NCBI RefSeq assembly: GCF_001194135.2
Contig: NC_068998.1
Coordinates: forward strand, 44,473,489-44,506,239
Direction of reading: 5' to 3'
Length of the DNA stretch: 32,751 nucleotides
Source of the DNA: Octopus bimaculoides
Taxonomy: Eukaryota
The notes under the pieces are model-generated. The model was given only the letters and a program-made list of their open reading frames with translations. It searched no databases and was not told the origin of the DNA. Below, piece by piece: positions 1 through 12,136 of the stretch (position 1 is the first letter of the stretch; every line of letters starts with the position of its first letter). The position numbers and the translations under genes are program-made.

Positions 1-554
1 ATATATATATATATATATATATAGACATATGTATAAATATATATCTATATATGCATGTATATATGTATATTTGCTTAGAAGTATGTCTATATATGTATGT
101 ATGTATGTATGTATAAATACGTGAATCTAGTCATATTTTTTGTATCAATACAGCAATTTCTCAATACAGCCTATAATACAATTTATAATTTCAACATAAT
201 TGTTATTACAGTAAAAATTGAAAATCAACATTGTAAGAAGAAAGAGAAAGCAAATTATTTCTTCTGTGAATTCTGGTGATATTTAAGAGATTTTAATAAG
301 GAATTTTCTTTTCTTCATTTTTCTCAGTAATTGATTCCAATTAATTGATACATTTAAAGAATTGATTGACTAATAATTTGAAATGGATCTTCCGGGATAT
401 TGGAGAACCCAATTATTATTAATTGTTTATAAATAAATAATATGTGTATGTGTTTGCCTCTGTCAGTGTGTATGTGTATGACTGTATGTACATATATGTG
501 TATATATGCATATATAATGTATGTGTATGTATGTGTTTTTTTTTATTTTGTGTG

Positions 555-588
<34 letters not shown>

Positions 589-886
589 AAATAAACAATA
601 ATACAGATGGGTTGCAGTTTGCTACAGCTGTTTCAGACGTGTTTTTTATTGATGAAGAAAAGTGTTACATCATGTGATAAAACCATTTACTTTCGGTGAA
701 TAAAGAAAAAATTTAACAATTAGAAGTTCTCAGAAAATAGAGCATTAGTGTAAGACAATTCAACCTCCCTGGTTACAGCTGGAAGACTCAGTACACATTG
801 TTGGTACACAGGGACGCTATCCCTGACTCTACTTTTGTATTTTTACTATTTAACTACCTAATTCTTTTGGATCCTGAAAATAATAT

Positions 887-931
<45 letters not shown>

Positions 932-932
932 G

Positions 933-967
<35 letters not shown>

Positions 968-1096
968 NNNNNNNNNNNNNNNNNNNNNNNNNNNNNNNNN
1001 NNNNNNNNNNNNNNNNNNNNNNNNNNNNNNNNNNNNNNNNNNNNNNNNNNNNNNNNNNNNNNNNNNNNNNNNNNNNNNNNNNNNNNNNNNNNNNNN
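968..1096. other. Assembly gap (N run); others at 10108-10374, 14823-15121, 19378-19742, 27465-27567
   Basis: Runs of n, nearly all abutting (TA)n microsatellites. Confidence 0.99.
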
Positions 1097-1150
1097 GTGT
1101 AAATAACAAAAGTATATATTAGTATGACGCTCGGGAATACGGAATATACA

Positions 1151-1290
1151 ACAGGCTTCGTTCAGTTTTCGTCTACCAAATCCACTCACAAGGCTTTGGT
1201 CGGCCTGAGGCTATAGTAGAAGACACTTGCCCAAGGTGCCACACAGTGGGACTGAACCCGGAACCATGCAGTTCGTAAGCAACCTACTTA
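1151..1290 (-). mobile_element. tRNA-derived SINE, family A (CORE-like, octopus OR-type), head portion
   Basis: Reverse complement closely matches the copy at 16651-16830 (ggttcagtcccactg..gcaccttgggcaagtgtcttctactatagcc..gtgagtggatttggtagacg). Confidence 0.9.
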
Positions 1291-1450
1291 ATTTCATGGT
1301 CGTTCCAGTAATGATGTTACATCCTGTGTTTTCCAGCTCACAGGTCAATATAGAATGTAGTCTACACATGATGTGTAAACATTGAAACATCGTTACTAGC
1401 TTTCCAAATCCTTCACATTGAAATTTAGACTTTTTGATTTTCCAATGTCC

Positions 1451-1534
1451 TCTTGGTGTATAAGTTGACCTATGTAACTTTTGGTAAAAATTTTCATCTG
1501 AAAATTCAAATTGTATGCTGAAAAATATAACTAC
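1451..1534. mobile_element. Possible degenerate pogo/Tigger-like terminus
   Basis: ggtgtataagttgacc and ttgtatgctgaaaaatataacta resemble pogo-type subterminal/TIR motifs (recalled pattern gtcttatacgccgaaaaatacggta); no partner end seen. Confidence 0.3.
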
Positions 1535-1986
1535 CAAAAACTAGAATTGGTACTTTCTGCAAATCATGTTGCCTCAGTAAACTTGACATTATTTTCTGCT
1601 GAGATAACAAGAAATAAATGACAAGAAATAGATGTATTAATTGATGTAATGAATACATTGGAAACTATTACAGACACGTATTTTAAGTGAAGAATTTTCT
1701 AACTTATTATTTATTTCGTCCATTAGCGATCAGTTTATATAGCATATTAATTAATCAATGATATATAAATCATATACAATCCACTTATGTACACATCATA
1801 ATATATATATACATACACACACTCACTATCTATACCATATTTGTATTATACAGCTATCAGTTATATCACATTGATATAATGTATTTATTTATTTATCCAT
1901 ATCTGTTTATCTTTATATGAATATATACTCATGCACATACATACAAACCTGCATAAATATGTGTGTGCATGTGCGTATGCTTATCC

Positions 1987-2069
1987 ATGTATTTGTCTAT
2001 GTTTTTACCTCATGTCTTTTTTTTATTGGTTCTTTCCTTCATCTATGTTTTTCTTTCTATTCTTTGCAG
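1987..2069 (+). other. Perfect donor CAG|GTAAGA at 2069/2070 directly preceded by a long pyrimidine tract: recursive splice site, or end of a hydrophobic (signal-peptide-like) exon
   Basis: ttctttccttcatctatgtttttctttctattctttgcag|gtaaga; phase-2 frame from ATG 1987 reads MYLSMFLPHVFFLLVLSFIYVFLSILC. Confidence 0.3.
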
Positions 2070-2900
2070 GTAAGATAAACAATTTTGATTGGTGAAATCC
2101 CCTCTGAAACATATGGCGTTGTCATTTCAACAATTTTTAAAATTCAAAGAGCAGAAGGCAGACAAGTAAAACATTTATACACAAAGATAATTTCTTTTTC
2201 AGTCTCTGAACATTTTTGTTATTTCCTTGTTTTCATATGCGTTTTTTCTATTGCATTTAACATTTTTAATATTTAAATTCATAGCCATACTGACAATAGG
2301 CATATGTTTCAAAGTTGTTGTACACGTTATTCTTAGCACAGTATCTTTAGCACCAAAAGTACCAGAACACTAAGGAACATAATTTTCTTTCAGATCCATA
2401 ATTTTATCCTTTTTATACAAATACATCACCTTCAATAAGTAGAATATCATTGCTACAAATCAGTGAGAGAGAGCCTTCATGTCCTTGCTTGCCTACTTGC
2501 TTGAAACAGATATCAAATTTCCATCAATTTTTTTTTTTTAATGAGGAGGAACAAAATGGATAACATAGTTCTTGATCCGTTCTCTAAAATAATTACTATT
2601 AGAGTGTTATGGATGGAATTCTTTGATCAGAGCTGACCTGGGGGTTAAACAGCAATCTCACCATTGCTGTTATGAATAGAATGTCAAAAGTCTAGACAGA
2701 GAATATTTTCAAGTATTCCCCCCTTCTGAAACTCTAATTTGTCTTCTAAGAAACACTGATTATATTTCAGTTGTATAACTTGCAAAACTACACAGTATAG
2801 CAAATTACATCAGTAATTAGTTTTGAAATTCTACCATGACTTTACGGACACATTGTGTGTGTGTGTGTGTGTGTAAGGTTGGGACATAGCCTTGGCACAA

Positions 2901-3066
2901 GCATGACTTGGCATATAAGAAGTTTAATTTACAACTAAATGGTTTTGGGTTCAGTACTACAAAATGTTATCTGAGACAAGTGACTTTCCTCTGCATTTGT
3001 CCCAGACTGACCAATGCTTTTGAGTAAATTTTGCTGATGTGAACTGCCTTAAGCCTGTTGTATATA
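2901..3066 (+). mobile_element. Old, degenerate SINE family A copy
   Basis: ggttttgggttcagtac..gacaagtg..gactgaccaatgcttttgagtaaattttg..aagcctgttgtatata aligns with the family A head. Confidence 0.6.
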
Positions 3067-3127
3067 ATTATGTATGTGTGTTTGTGTATGTGCATATGTA
3101 TATATATGCACGTATGTATTATACTTA

Positions 3128-3190
<63 letters not shown>

Positions 3191-3192
<2 letters not shown>

Positions 3193-3458
3193 ACCCCCTT
3201 CAGTCATGAATGACCATGGGATTGCACCAAGAAAGTTCCCTTCTGAGGCACAAGTCCAAGCATGGTTGTTTATGGAAGACCAGTAGTCAGCCATTCATAC
3301 CAGCTTCCCTTCTCCATGCCATCATTGTTATCCAAGGTAAAGCAAAAGCTTGGCACCAGTGATGTTGCAAATCATTTCAACAGATGAATGAATTGGAGCA
3401 ACAGTTAAATAAAGTGTCTTGCTCAAGAGTACAACACACACACACCCTGGTCCAGGAA
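3191..3458 (-). mobile_element. SINE family D variant (truncated)
   Basis: gtcatgaatgaccatgggattgcac..gaggcacaagtc..tatggaagaccag shared with 23481-23599; ggagcaac shared with 19890-20201. Confidence 0.7.
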
Positions 3459-4083
3459 ACAGGATGCTGGTGGCAGGCTGTTTCAGATTATATTCAACAA
3501 CATCAGTTTCTTGTATTGGACAGCACACATAGTAGGGTGGGATGTTGGCATGTGTCTATTGCTATTGCTATCGTCCAGTAGAGTGTTAACAACACCTTAA
3601 CAGTAGCAGTTATTTTGTCGGGGCAACCAAATTTGATGGCGTCAGGTTATGTTTTATGTTGCATGAATAACATGGGTAGGCTTTACTCTATATGGGCAGC
3701 AAAGATTAAACACCCTGTCCTCATGTGGAGGACAGGGGGTTATATGAGTTGTTAGCTGCTATTGATTTGAAGTTCGTTCATTAATGGGGTGTACCTCTGT
3801 TGGCAACAATAAGATAGTTCCTTCTGAGAGACACTACAGTTGTTGATATATGTATTGTCTCTTGCAGAGACAGAGTTGGTGATTGTGAGTTCCAAGTGAT
3901 TAAGGAGGGGTTCCCATCAATGATACTTGTATAGATTACAACTAATCCATGTTGGGTATCAGATAATTTTGATTGTTTGGTTCTTTTTTTATTGTTTTTG
4001 TTTTCCTTTTTATTTTAATCCTTATTTTTCCATCAACACTTTAACAAATCAGTCAATAATATCTTCTCCTTCATTTCTAACAG

Positions 4084-4104
4084 TGAGACTGACAAAGAAT
4101 GTGT
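4084..4104 (+). CDS. Candidate 21-nt microexon (phase 2: ETDKEC)
   Basis: tcttctccttcatttctaacag|tgagactgacaaagaatgtgt|gtaagt; strong acceptor and donor, length a multiple of 3. Confidence 0.3.
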
Positions 4105-4279
4105 GTAAGTCAGTGTTGAACAAATATCTCAAACGACTTTGCTTGAAAGGCTTCTTTTTTTATGCGTTTCTCATTGAGGTTTTACAATTCATTAATGTAT
4201 ATCAACTGAAAATAAACACACACACATACATGTAAACATGGTAAATTAAGACATGCATATACATAGACCTGTTTTGGGC

Positions 4280-4432
4280 TTTCCATATAGTTTTCCATCA
4301 ACAAAGCTCCACTTACAATCTGTTGATCAGCCTGAGCTTATAGTAGAAAACGATTTTCTTTTTTCTGAGTAGCATAAACAGGGATTGAACTTAGAACAGC
4401 CTAAATGCAAAACAAATTTCTTAGCCACATAA
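4280..4432 (-). mobile_element. Very old SINE family A copy
   Basis: gttttccatcaacaaagctccacttac..gatcagcctgagcttatagtagaaaac..gggattgaac..cttagccaca. Confidence 0.55.
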
Positions 4433-4601
4433 TTACACAATCAGCTTGTAACTACCAGTGTTTTACTCACTATTTTAGCCATTTTTTTCCCTCTGATTCA
4501 TCTTAAATTTGCTTTCTATGGGGTCTGACAAAACGACCTGGTGATTTTTCTATGAATATATTTAGAAGCCATTAGGACTTTCCCTGCTAGCATCTTTACT
4601 G

Positions 4602-4641
<40 letters not shown>

Positions 4642-4859
4642 ATATTTTATCATTTTTCAGTGTTAATTGTAGCTTAGAGATAAGCTGACAAATTACTTTT
4701 GAAATATACTGTGTATTATTTTCAAGAGAGAAATTAGATATCTGAGTATGAAGTTTTTCAAACAAAATTTATGACTTAGAAAGATATAATTGATAATTTG
4801 TTTACAAGATGTATGAATATGTCAGCTATTCTTATTACTTTCAAATATTCAATCAACAG

Positions 4860-4886
4860 CTTGTCTATCTGGTGTAGATTGGCAAT
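4860..4886 (+). CDS. Candidate 27-nt microexon (phase 2: LSIWCRLA)
   Basis: ttcaatcaacag|cttgtctatctggtgtagattggcaat|gtaagt. Confidence 0.25.
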
Positions 4887-5009
4887 GTAAGTATGTAAAT
4901 ACAGTTATTGACTCTCACTGAAATATATCACAATGTTTCCAACACAAAGCTTAAGAACAATACAATATTTGAAATGGTTGTAGTAATAATTGTTAAGGCT
5001 ATTGTTGTT

Positions 5010-5345
5010 GTCATTTAGCATCAGGTCAGTGCTATAATCAAAAGCATTCCAGCTGTGAGCCATTCTGCCTTTCCAGGGACATATTGAATTGTATTATCCA
5101 ATCTGGCCTTCATATCATTAAGAAAATTGGAGGTAACCTGTGGGAGATTTAGCTGCTGTTACTAGCATGGCAGACTGAAATATACAGGATTCCTTTTCTT
5201 GTCAGCCTATCTTTAACCGGGGTATCTATTTAAATAGGACTGAATTTTTTCATGTGTCCTTCACATTTTAAAACATCGGTGTGTAATTTGAAAGTGATTT
5301 CTGTGCTATTTCTAGCAGGTTGGGTTACCATGTAGAAGCTCCCTC
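5010..5345 (+). repeat. Two fragments of an old dispersed repeat (motif gagagatttggctgctatttctagcagg); other fragments near 9170-9310, 21850-22020, 32430-32490 and, inverted, near 24605-24625 and 28740-28810
   Basis: Recurrent motif: gggagatttagctgctgttactagc (about 5140), gtgatttctgtgctatttctagcagg (about 5295), gagagatttggctgctgc (about 9277), gatattaactgctatttctagcagg (about 32452). Confidence 0.6.
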
Positions 5346-5351
5346 ATTGAC

Positions 5352-5764
5352 TACTACTACTACTACTACTACTAATAATAATAATAATAATAATAATAGT
5401 ATTAGTAGTAGTAGTAGTAATGATATATTGCATTGGCAAAGAGCCATGAATGTATTGAATGAGTGAGTGAAGCCTATTGAATCGATTACAGAACAAATGA
5501 GTTGTTTTATCGATTCCCACCAACACCACTACCACTACCATCATCATCATCATCATCAACAACAATACAACAGCCATCGCTACCATCACTAACACCACCA
5601 TCTCTTGGAGGGATGAAATGTAATGTTGACATGTGTAATATATGAAACTCAGAACACTGTAGTATTTAATAAGTATTTACAGATGTTTAGTCCAGCATTC
5701 AACTGCTTCTGACAATCCAATACCTTAACACTACTATTACTACTACTACTACTACTACTACTAC

Positions 5765-5821
<57 letters not shown>

Positions 5822-5832
5822 TGATGATAATA
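5352..5832. repeat. Compound trinucleotide microsatellites (CTA)n(TAA)n, (CAC/CAT/CAA)n, (TAC)n(TAA)n
   Basis: Direct inspection; explains the poly-I/S/M ORFs at 5344-5969. Confidence 0.95.
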
Positions 5833-5926
5833 ATCATTTCATTTTTATTGCCATCTGGGTCTGTTCCTTCATAAAATATGAATACATACAAAGTTGTTAC
5901 AAACTCTGTGGGAGACTCTTTTAATC

Positions 5927-6275
5927 TTTTACTTGTTTCAGTCATTTGACTGTGGCCATGCTGGAGCACTGCCTTAAGTCATGCAAATCGATCCCAGGAC
6001 TTATTCTTTGTAAGCCTAGTACTTATTTTATTGGTCTCTTTTTGCCGAACCGCTAAGTTACGGGGGCGTAAACACACCAGTATCAGTTGTCAAGTGATGT
6101 TGGGGGGACAAACATAGACACACAAACTTACATACACACATACATATATACAACGGGCTTCCTTCAGTTTCCATCTAACAAATCCACTCAGAATGCTTTG
6201 GTCAGCCCAAGGCTATAGTAGAAGACACTTGCCCAAGGTACCACGCAGTGGGACTGAACCTGGAACCATGTGTTG
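5927..6275 (-). mobile_element. Full composite SINE family A (tRNA/CORE-like head, internal CA/TA microsatellite, 3' tail)
   Basis: Head matches 16651-16830; tail ttttacttgtttcagtcatttgactgtggccatgctggagcac..ccgaaccgctaagttac matches 14457-14690. Confidence 0.9.
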
Positions 6276-6302
6276 TTAGGGTGTTGCACTCATGATCCCT
6301 TG

Positions 6303-6947
6303 ATAATTGGAAAACACTAAATTGAGGAAGTTGATGAGTTCACCTATTTGGGCAGCATCATGGCCAACAATGGAGACACAGAACACGATGTTGCCTGCTG
6401 GATTGGGAAGGCCTCAGCTATCTTTCAAAGACTTAAACCCATCAGAGCAGGCAGGGCGATCTCTACCAAGACCAAAGTGTGCCTCTTCAACAACATCGTC
6501 ATGCCATCGGCAATATATGCAGTGGTAACATGGAAGATATTGGAAAGATCACAAAAAGATTCGATGTATTTCAGCTATAATGCCTCCATTGGATACTGTG
6601 AATATCATACCAGGACCACTTCACCAATGACGAGATACATCACTGAACTGATACCCATCCGTCCACTCCATAACATTGTCACTGAGTGCCACTTGCAATT
6701 CACAGGCCATATCCTCCAATTACCATCGTTGTAGCATGTGAAAACATCCATTCTGTGGAAACCACCACATGGCAAGGGTAAACAAGAGCGACCAAAAGCG
6801 ATTTGGTACCACACCTTTATCGATGACTTCAAAGTCATTTACATTTCATGGGATGAAGCTGAAATCACCGTGGCCAACCAACCACGTCAGAGAAGCCTTG
6901 CTGCCCAATGTGCCACGTGGCACAGGACGACCTAAGACTAAGAAGAC
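6303..6947 (+). mobile_element. 3' fragment of an RTE-type non-LTR retrotransposon (C-terminal region after the RT core), disrupted by frameshifts and stops
   Basis: Translation IEEVDEFTYLGSIM..DVACWIGKASAIFQRL..KTKVCLFNNIVMPSAIYAVVTWK..GHILQLP..WKPPHGKGKQERPK..W...FIDD..WDEAE matches the RTE YLGS / RIGKA / ETW / GRPK..W motifs; stop at 6933-6935 followed by a short taagac tandem tail. Confidence 0.9.
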
Positions 6948-6950
6948 ATA

Positions 6951-7239
6951 TGATCACGATATCATGGCTTCAATTCCTAGACTGGATGGTGTGGTGTGTT
7001 CTAGAGAAAAACTCTTCATCTCAGACTGCTCTGAAATCACTTTAACACCTGATATGTGGTACACTGTTTCCCTGTTCAGACAATGACTTGAAGGAGAGAG
7101 CGAGCTAATGTGTAGCTTGAACATTTGGTTTCTATATACAAATCATTTGTGCTGTTTTCTCAGTTCCTCCTGCACATCTCTGACGCTTTGAAGAAGTCAT
7201 TGGCACTCCCTCCTCTCATGACTAAAAGTAAAAAAAAAG
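6951..7239 (+). mobile_element. 5'-truncated SINE of another family with an A-rich tail
   Basis: gatcacgatatcatggcttcaattcc resembles a B-box-containing tRNA head; ends in an A-rich tail. Confidence 0.5.
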
Positions 7240-7249
7240 TGTGTACTTT

Positions 7250-7478
7250 CATCATCATCATCATTTAACATCCGCTTTCCATGCTAGCATGGGTTGGACA
7301 ATTTGACTGGGGACTGGCGAACCAGATGGCTACACCAAACTCCAATCTGATCTGGCAGAGTTTCTACAGCTGGATGCCCTTCCTAGTGCCAACCACTCCA
7401 AGGGTGTAGTGGGTGCTTTTTACGTGCCACCAGTACGAGGGCCAGTCAGGCGGTACTGGCAATGGCCACGCTCAAAAA
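7250..7478 (-). mobile_element. SINE family B, 3' portion with (GAT)n tail
   Basis: Near-identical reverse complement of 13380-13599. Confidence 0.9.
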
Positions 7479-8244
7479 GTTGTTTGAAAGTAATTCTCAC
7501 CAACAGCCTGTTCTTAACATTCTCCACTTTGCTGGATTGAATCTCTTCTCAAATCTTTATTTAATCTGTTCCCTAAGAATCCTTTAGTATCATAATAAAG
7601 AACTATATAAAAATCAAAAATGTGAGACTTTAGATGTGTTGCTTACCTTCCTCTTTTTCTTTTTTTTTTTTCCTTTTTTATTTCCTTTTGGCTTTCCCCC
7701 ACCACCGACAGCAGTATCTTACCTCTATTCCTTAATTTAAAATAAAATGAGCTAATAAATATTCATAAGGCTTTTTCTCTATATTAAAATGTGTCAACTA
7801 TATATATATTTCAGACTTGTTTGGACAATACTATGCTAATGAGGTCATATTAATTAAACAAGTACATAGGTGAAAAGATCACATTTCTAACCTTGTAAAT
7901 TAGTTTCTGAAATATTTTTTTTTTTCTTGAAATGATCTCCCCCTTTTCTTCGAGAGTCACTGACAATTATGGAGAATATATTTTTTTTTTACTCTCAAAA
8001 TAAAAGTGAAATTTCAGTTGATTAAGAGAGTCTTCCTGTTTGGATTAAATTTTGGTGAAATTGATTCTAGCAAACTAATTTCAATGAAGTTGGTATACTA
8101 TAATAAATAAGCATATGATAGAGTGTCAATACATAAGAGAACTACAGGATAAACCAACACAACCCAGGTGGGTAGGCAGGCAGACAGGCAGGTGAATGGA
8201 TGGACATATTGATAGGTAGATGGATGGATACATAGATAGGTAGA

Positions 8245-8277
8245 AGGGTAGATAGATAGATAGATAGATAGATAGAT
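8245..8277. repeat. (GATA)n microsatellite
   Basis: Direct inspection. Confidence 0.95.
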
Positions 8278-9311
8278 CCAAGTTCCAAAGGGAACAACCA
8301 ATCAAGACTGATTAGTTAGTAAAACCTAGAAACCTCCGTAACTGATCTTCTTACAAATGTGTTTCTTTCTTTAGATTAAGTCACTATAGCCAGTCTAGGA
8401 TATAACCTCACACACATGCACACACACACACACCAGATTGGGCTAGGTAGTTATGCACTTGTTTGCTAACATAACAACACTAGAGAAATATATCTCCAGT
8501 AAACACAATTGCGTTAATTGCAAATGGCTTTTAAAGCTAAACATAGTTTCACGTCAATCGATTGGATACAGTGACCTCATGTACAGATTTTTCTAGAAGA
8601 AAACAACATGACAAAAATCATATAGAACAAGTAAAAAAAATTTTCTTCACTGGAATCAATGTGACCTTTTAAAGAATAGTTCTTGGAGATAACAATGTTA
8701 CATTCTAAGTGAGCTGCTATTGAAGATGAAGGCACTAAAGATAGTCAAATATCCCATACATATACATCTGCCAACTATGAAATCCTTACGTTCTAAATTT
8801 CCAACTTTATCATACTCTAATAGGATAAATGTTGCTATAGCTGTTGTTACTGTTTTTCATTTGTTTTTTTTTTTCATTTTGCTTAAATCTTTGTTGCTTT
8901 TTTTCTTACCTTGACTTTTCGTCCTTTTTTTTTTTCTCAATTATCTCCTTTGATCTTTTATCAAGTTTTTAAAATCCCCCCAACTTCCCTATATATTATT
9001 ATCTCTAGTATGAAACTTCTGACAATATCTTTATCTTATTGATAATATATTGTTAGTTTGAAAGTTATCTACCCGTTTTATCTACAAGTTATAATAGGCG
9101 AGTATCTATATAGCTTTTTTTTACTTGCATGGATATCTGTCCATCCTCCTCTCCTTATCATAAAAAAAAAATCTGTGGCTGAACTAGTCATGGCTATCCA
9201 CTGTTTCATCCCCATACAGTGTTTCTAGGATTCTATTGATTAAAGTGTCCTTCCTGTTTTTAAGACATGATTCCAGAGAGATTTGGCTGCTGCTTTTTTT
9301 GGTAGGTCTTC

Positions 9312-9741
9312 TTTTACTTGTTTTAGTCTCATTAGACTGTGGCCATGCTGGGGCACCACCTTGAAGAATTTTTAGTTGAATAAATCAACCCCAGTACTTC
9401 TTTCTATTTTTAAGCCTGATACTTTTGCTGAACTGCTAGATAATAGGGACACAAACAAACCAACACCAGTTTTTAAGCAGAGGTGAGTGACAAACACACA
9501 CACATGTATAAATAGGTAATTACCCATGGCAGCATGGAAAGAGGACATTAAACGATGATGATATATACATATATATATATGTATATACTTGCAACAGGCT
9601 ACTTTCAATCCACCCACAAGGCTTTGGTCAGCCTGAGGCTATTATAGTAGAAGACACTTGCCCAAGGTGCCATGCAGTAGGATTGAACACAGAACCATGT
9701 GGCTGGGAAGCAAACTTCTTACCACACAGCTAAGCCTATGC
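9312..9741 (-). mobile_element. Composite SINE family A containing a short + strand family B tail (about 9524-9562)
   Basis: Tail ttttacttgttttagtctc..gccatgctggggcacc; head gaagacacttgcccaaggtgccatgcag..cttaccacacagc; insert gcagcatggaaagaggacattaaacgatgatgat. Confidence 0.85.
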
Positions 9742-10405
9742 TCAAATGTGTATGAATATACACATATGGGGTGAGCAGATGGGGAAGGCCACACTGCTGC
9801 TAAAAACTATGACACACACACAAGCATACACGCACACATAGACATACACAAACAAGGACACAAATGCATGTACACATAAGGATACACATCTTAAACGAAC
9901 AGAATGCAGTGGAACAAGAACACACAGAAAAATGAAAAGTGTCACTGAAGAAGTTACAGATGTGTGATGAAAAATTTCCAGACAGTGAACATCAGTTAAA
10001 ATAATAAAAATAAGAACAGAAGTAAACAAATGAAGTAAAAAAATATATATAGTGTGTGTGTTTATTTGGCAGAAAAAATTGACCATCCCAAAATACAACA
10101 ATATATANNNNNNNNNNNNNNNNNNNNNNNNNNNNNNNNNNNNNNNNNNNNNNNNNNNNNNNNNNNNNNNNNNNNNNNNNNNNNNNNNNNNNNNNNNNNN
10201 NNNNNNNNNNNNNNNNNNNNNNNNNNNNNNNNNNNNNNNNNNNNNNNNNNNNNNNNNNNNNNNNNNNNNNNNNNNNNNNNNNNNNNNNNNNNNNNNNNNN
10301 NNNNNNNNNNNNNNNNNNNNNNNNNNNNNNNNNNNNNNNNNNNNNNNNNNNNNNNNNNNNNNNNNNNNNNNNNNATATATATGTATGTATTTATGTATGT
10401 ATATA

Positions 10406-10659
10406 TTGGGTTGGTGCATAATTATTGCAGCTCTTTTACAACGAGTTTTATTCAACAAAAACAATAACAATATTTAGCAAAAGCATCTTTAAATGATGGT
10501 CTGACCGTCTGAGAAGCAAATGGGTAGCAGTAATTGAAGTAGATGGTGAATATGCTCCGGAATAAGCATTTAAAGATGTTTTTGTTACATGTTGTTATTG
10601 TTTTTGTTAAATAAAATTTGCTGAAAAATAAAAGCCGCAATAATTATGCACCAACCCAA
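10406..10659 (+). mobile_element. Mariner-type non-autonomous element (MITE/internal deletion derivative), 254 bp
   Basis: TIRs ttgggttggtgcataattattgc / gcaataattatgcaccaacccaa (23 bp perfect); TA TSD at 10404-10405 and 10660-10661; 10506-10565 encodes RLRSKWVAVIEVDGEYAPE*, like mariner C-termini (L..RW..VI...GEY). Confidence 0.9.
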
Positions 10660-10792
10660 TACATAACAAAATAAAACCTTCACATACACATGCATTCAGA
10701 CATCCAATCACACACATACACATACTCACACATACAAAGCCACACAACCATAGATTTTAAGCATGCAAAACTATTCACTGTATTTTTTTTAG

Positions 10793-10822
10793 AACTATTT
10801 GTTTTATTGCCAAATGCCAACT
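10793..10822 (+). CDS. Candidate 30-nt microexon (phase 2: TICFIAKCQ)
   Basis: ctattcactgtatttttttttag|aactatttgttttattgccaaatgccaact|gtaagt. Confidence 0.3.
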
Positions 10823-10894
10823 GTAAGTTGTAAAACTGTTGATTCCTGATGATTGAACCATTTATCATCATGCCATAACAGAAGAATGTTTTTA

Positions 10895-10931
<37 letters not shown>

Positions 10932-12003
10932 GCACACACACATGTGCACACCAGTAAGCGATACTGTCAAATGAAGTTCTTTCTAATTAGCTAAAGTAAA
11001 ACTTTATCATTCACTTGCCTTGGAAATTGTTATTAAAATGTCTAATTCTGTTCGAACTTGTCTGCAGTGGGTTGTATAATGAAAGCAATTAATCTCAAAT
11101 GAATTTTATTATATCTCATCAGATGATAGAATTTTTAATTATTTTTGTGATTTCGCAGAGGGGAGATTTGGGGGCAATATTTTGTTATTTTTTTAATCGT
11201 TTTTTTTTTTAATTGCTATCCGATTATAAATAATGTAATTTGTTTCTTTATTTGGTTTGAGTTTTGAGGGTAAGTTTTGTGTATTTGTTTGTGTGTATGT
11301 TTTGTGTGTGTTTTAATGATCAGGTTAATCCATTAAAGTTGATTTCTGAATAAAGAAATTTTTTTTAAATGGAACAAAACTAATTAAAACCACGTTTTTT
11401 GTTTTTGTTTTTTTTTATAATAAAACAGAATATTTGAAATAAATTAAAAATAAACAAATCCATAAAACAAAGAATATGTAAGTAGTTTAAATAAAAGAAA
11501 ATCAAAGAAAAACAATTGTATAAACCCTACTCTGTCCCAACTCTACCATGACCATCACCAACTCTTGTTTGTTGTTGAAAGAACAGACTCACACACACAC
11601 CAATATACGCACACACTTTCGCACTTTTACATTTTCACAACATGTCTAGAGGATAGTTAGAAATAATAATTTTGTTTTCAAATGAATAATTAAACTAAAA
11701 TATTTTAATGTTGGTTTAAATAATTTCCGTGACATGATTACGTAGAGGAATTGTACTTTTTTAGTCTTTGGAATTCTACCAATTCCTGCTTCTAATTTTG
11801 ATTTTGAAAAACATGAAATTTGAGAGATTTTACTTTTTTTTTTAATTTTTACCTGTTCAAAGAATTTTCGTTGAAATTATTATGTATATGTGTGCATGTG
11901 TGATTGTTTATGTAAATGTGTGTGTGTATGTGCATACACATTATGATTTCATTTAGGCATAGTAATACCAATAACCAGTCTTAAGAATTCAATATACTAA
12001 TTA

Positions 12004-12136
12004 TCATCATCATCATCATTTAATGTCCATTGTCCATGCTGGTATGGGTTGGACGGTTTGACTGGGCTGGCATGCTGGGAAGCTGCACCAAGATCCAGTC
12101 TGATTTGGCATGGTTTTTCTATGACTGGATGCCCTT
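12004..12136 (-). mobile_element. SINE family B tail fragment
   Basis: catcatcatttaatgtccattgtccatgctggtatgggttggacgg..ctgatttggcatgg..ggatgccctt. Confidence 0.8.

Noticed and set aside
620-700. Minus-strand GAAACAGCUGUA with palindromic stem III (similar tctgaaacagc at about 3475-3490)
   Set aside because: No convincing CUGANGA, stem II or stem I upstream
3460-3990. Relatively GC-richer unique-looking stretch, considered as a GIY-YIG remnant
   Set aside because: No recognisable motif in the frames I translated
11040-11125. ctcatcag (CUGAUGAG on the minus strand)
   Set aside because: No stem II or GAAA at a suitable distance
11159-11269. 111-nt AG..GTAAGT exon-like segment
   Set aside because: Stops in all three frames and poly-T interior; no coding support
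11863-11883. 21-nt segment after a strong acceptor
   Set aside because: Donor GTATAT is weak and lies in a TA/TG microsatellite edge
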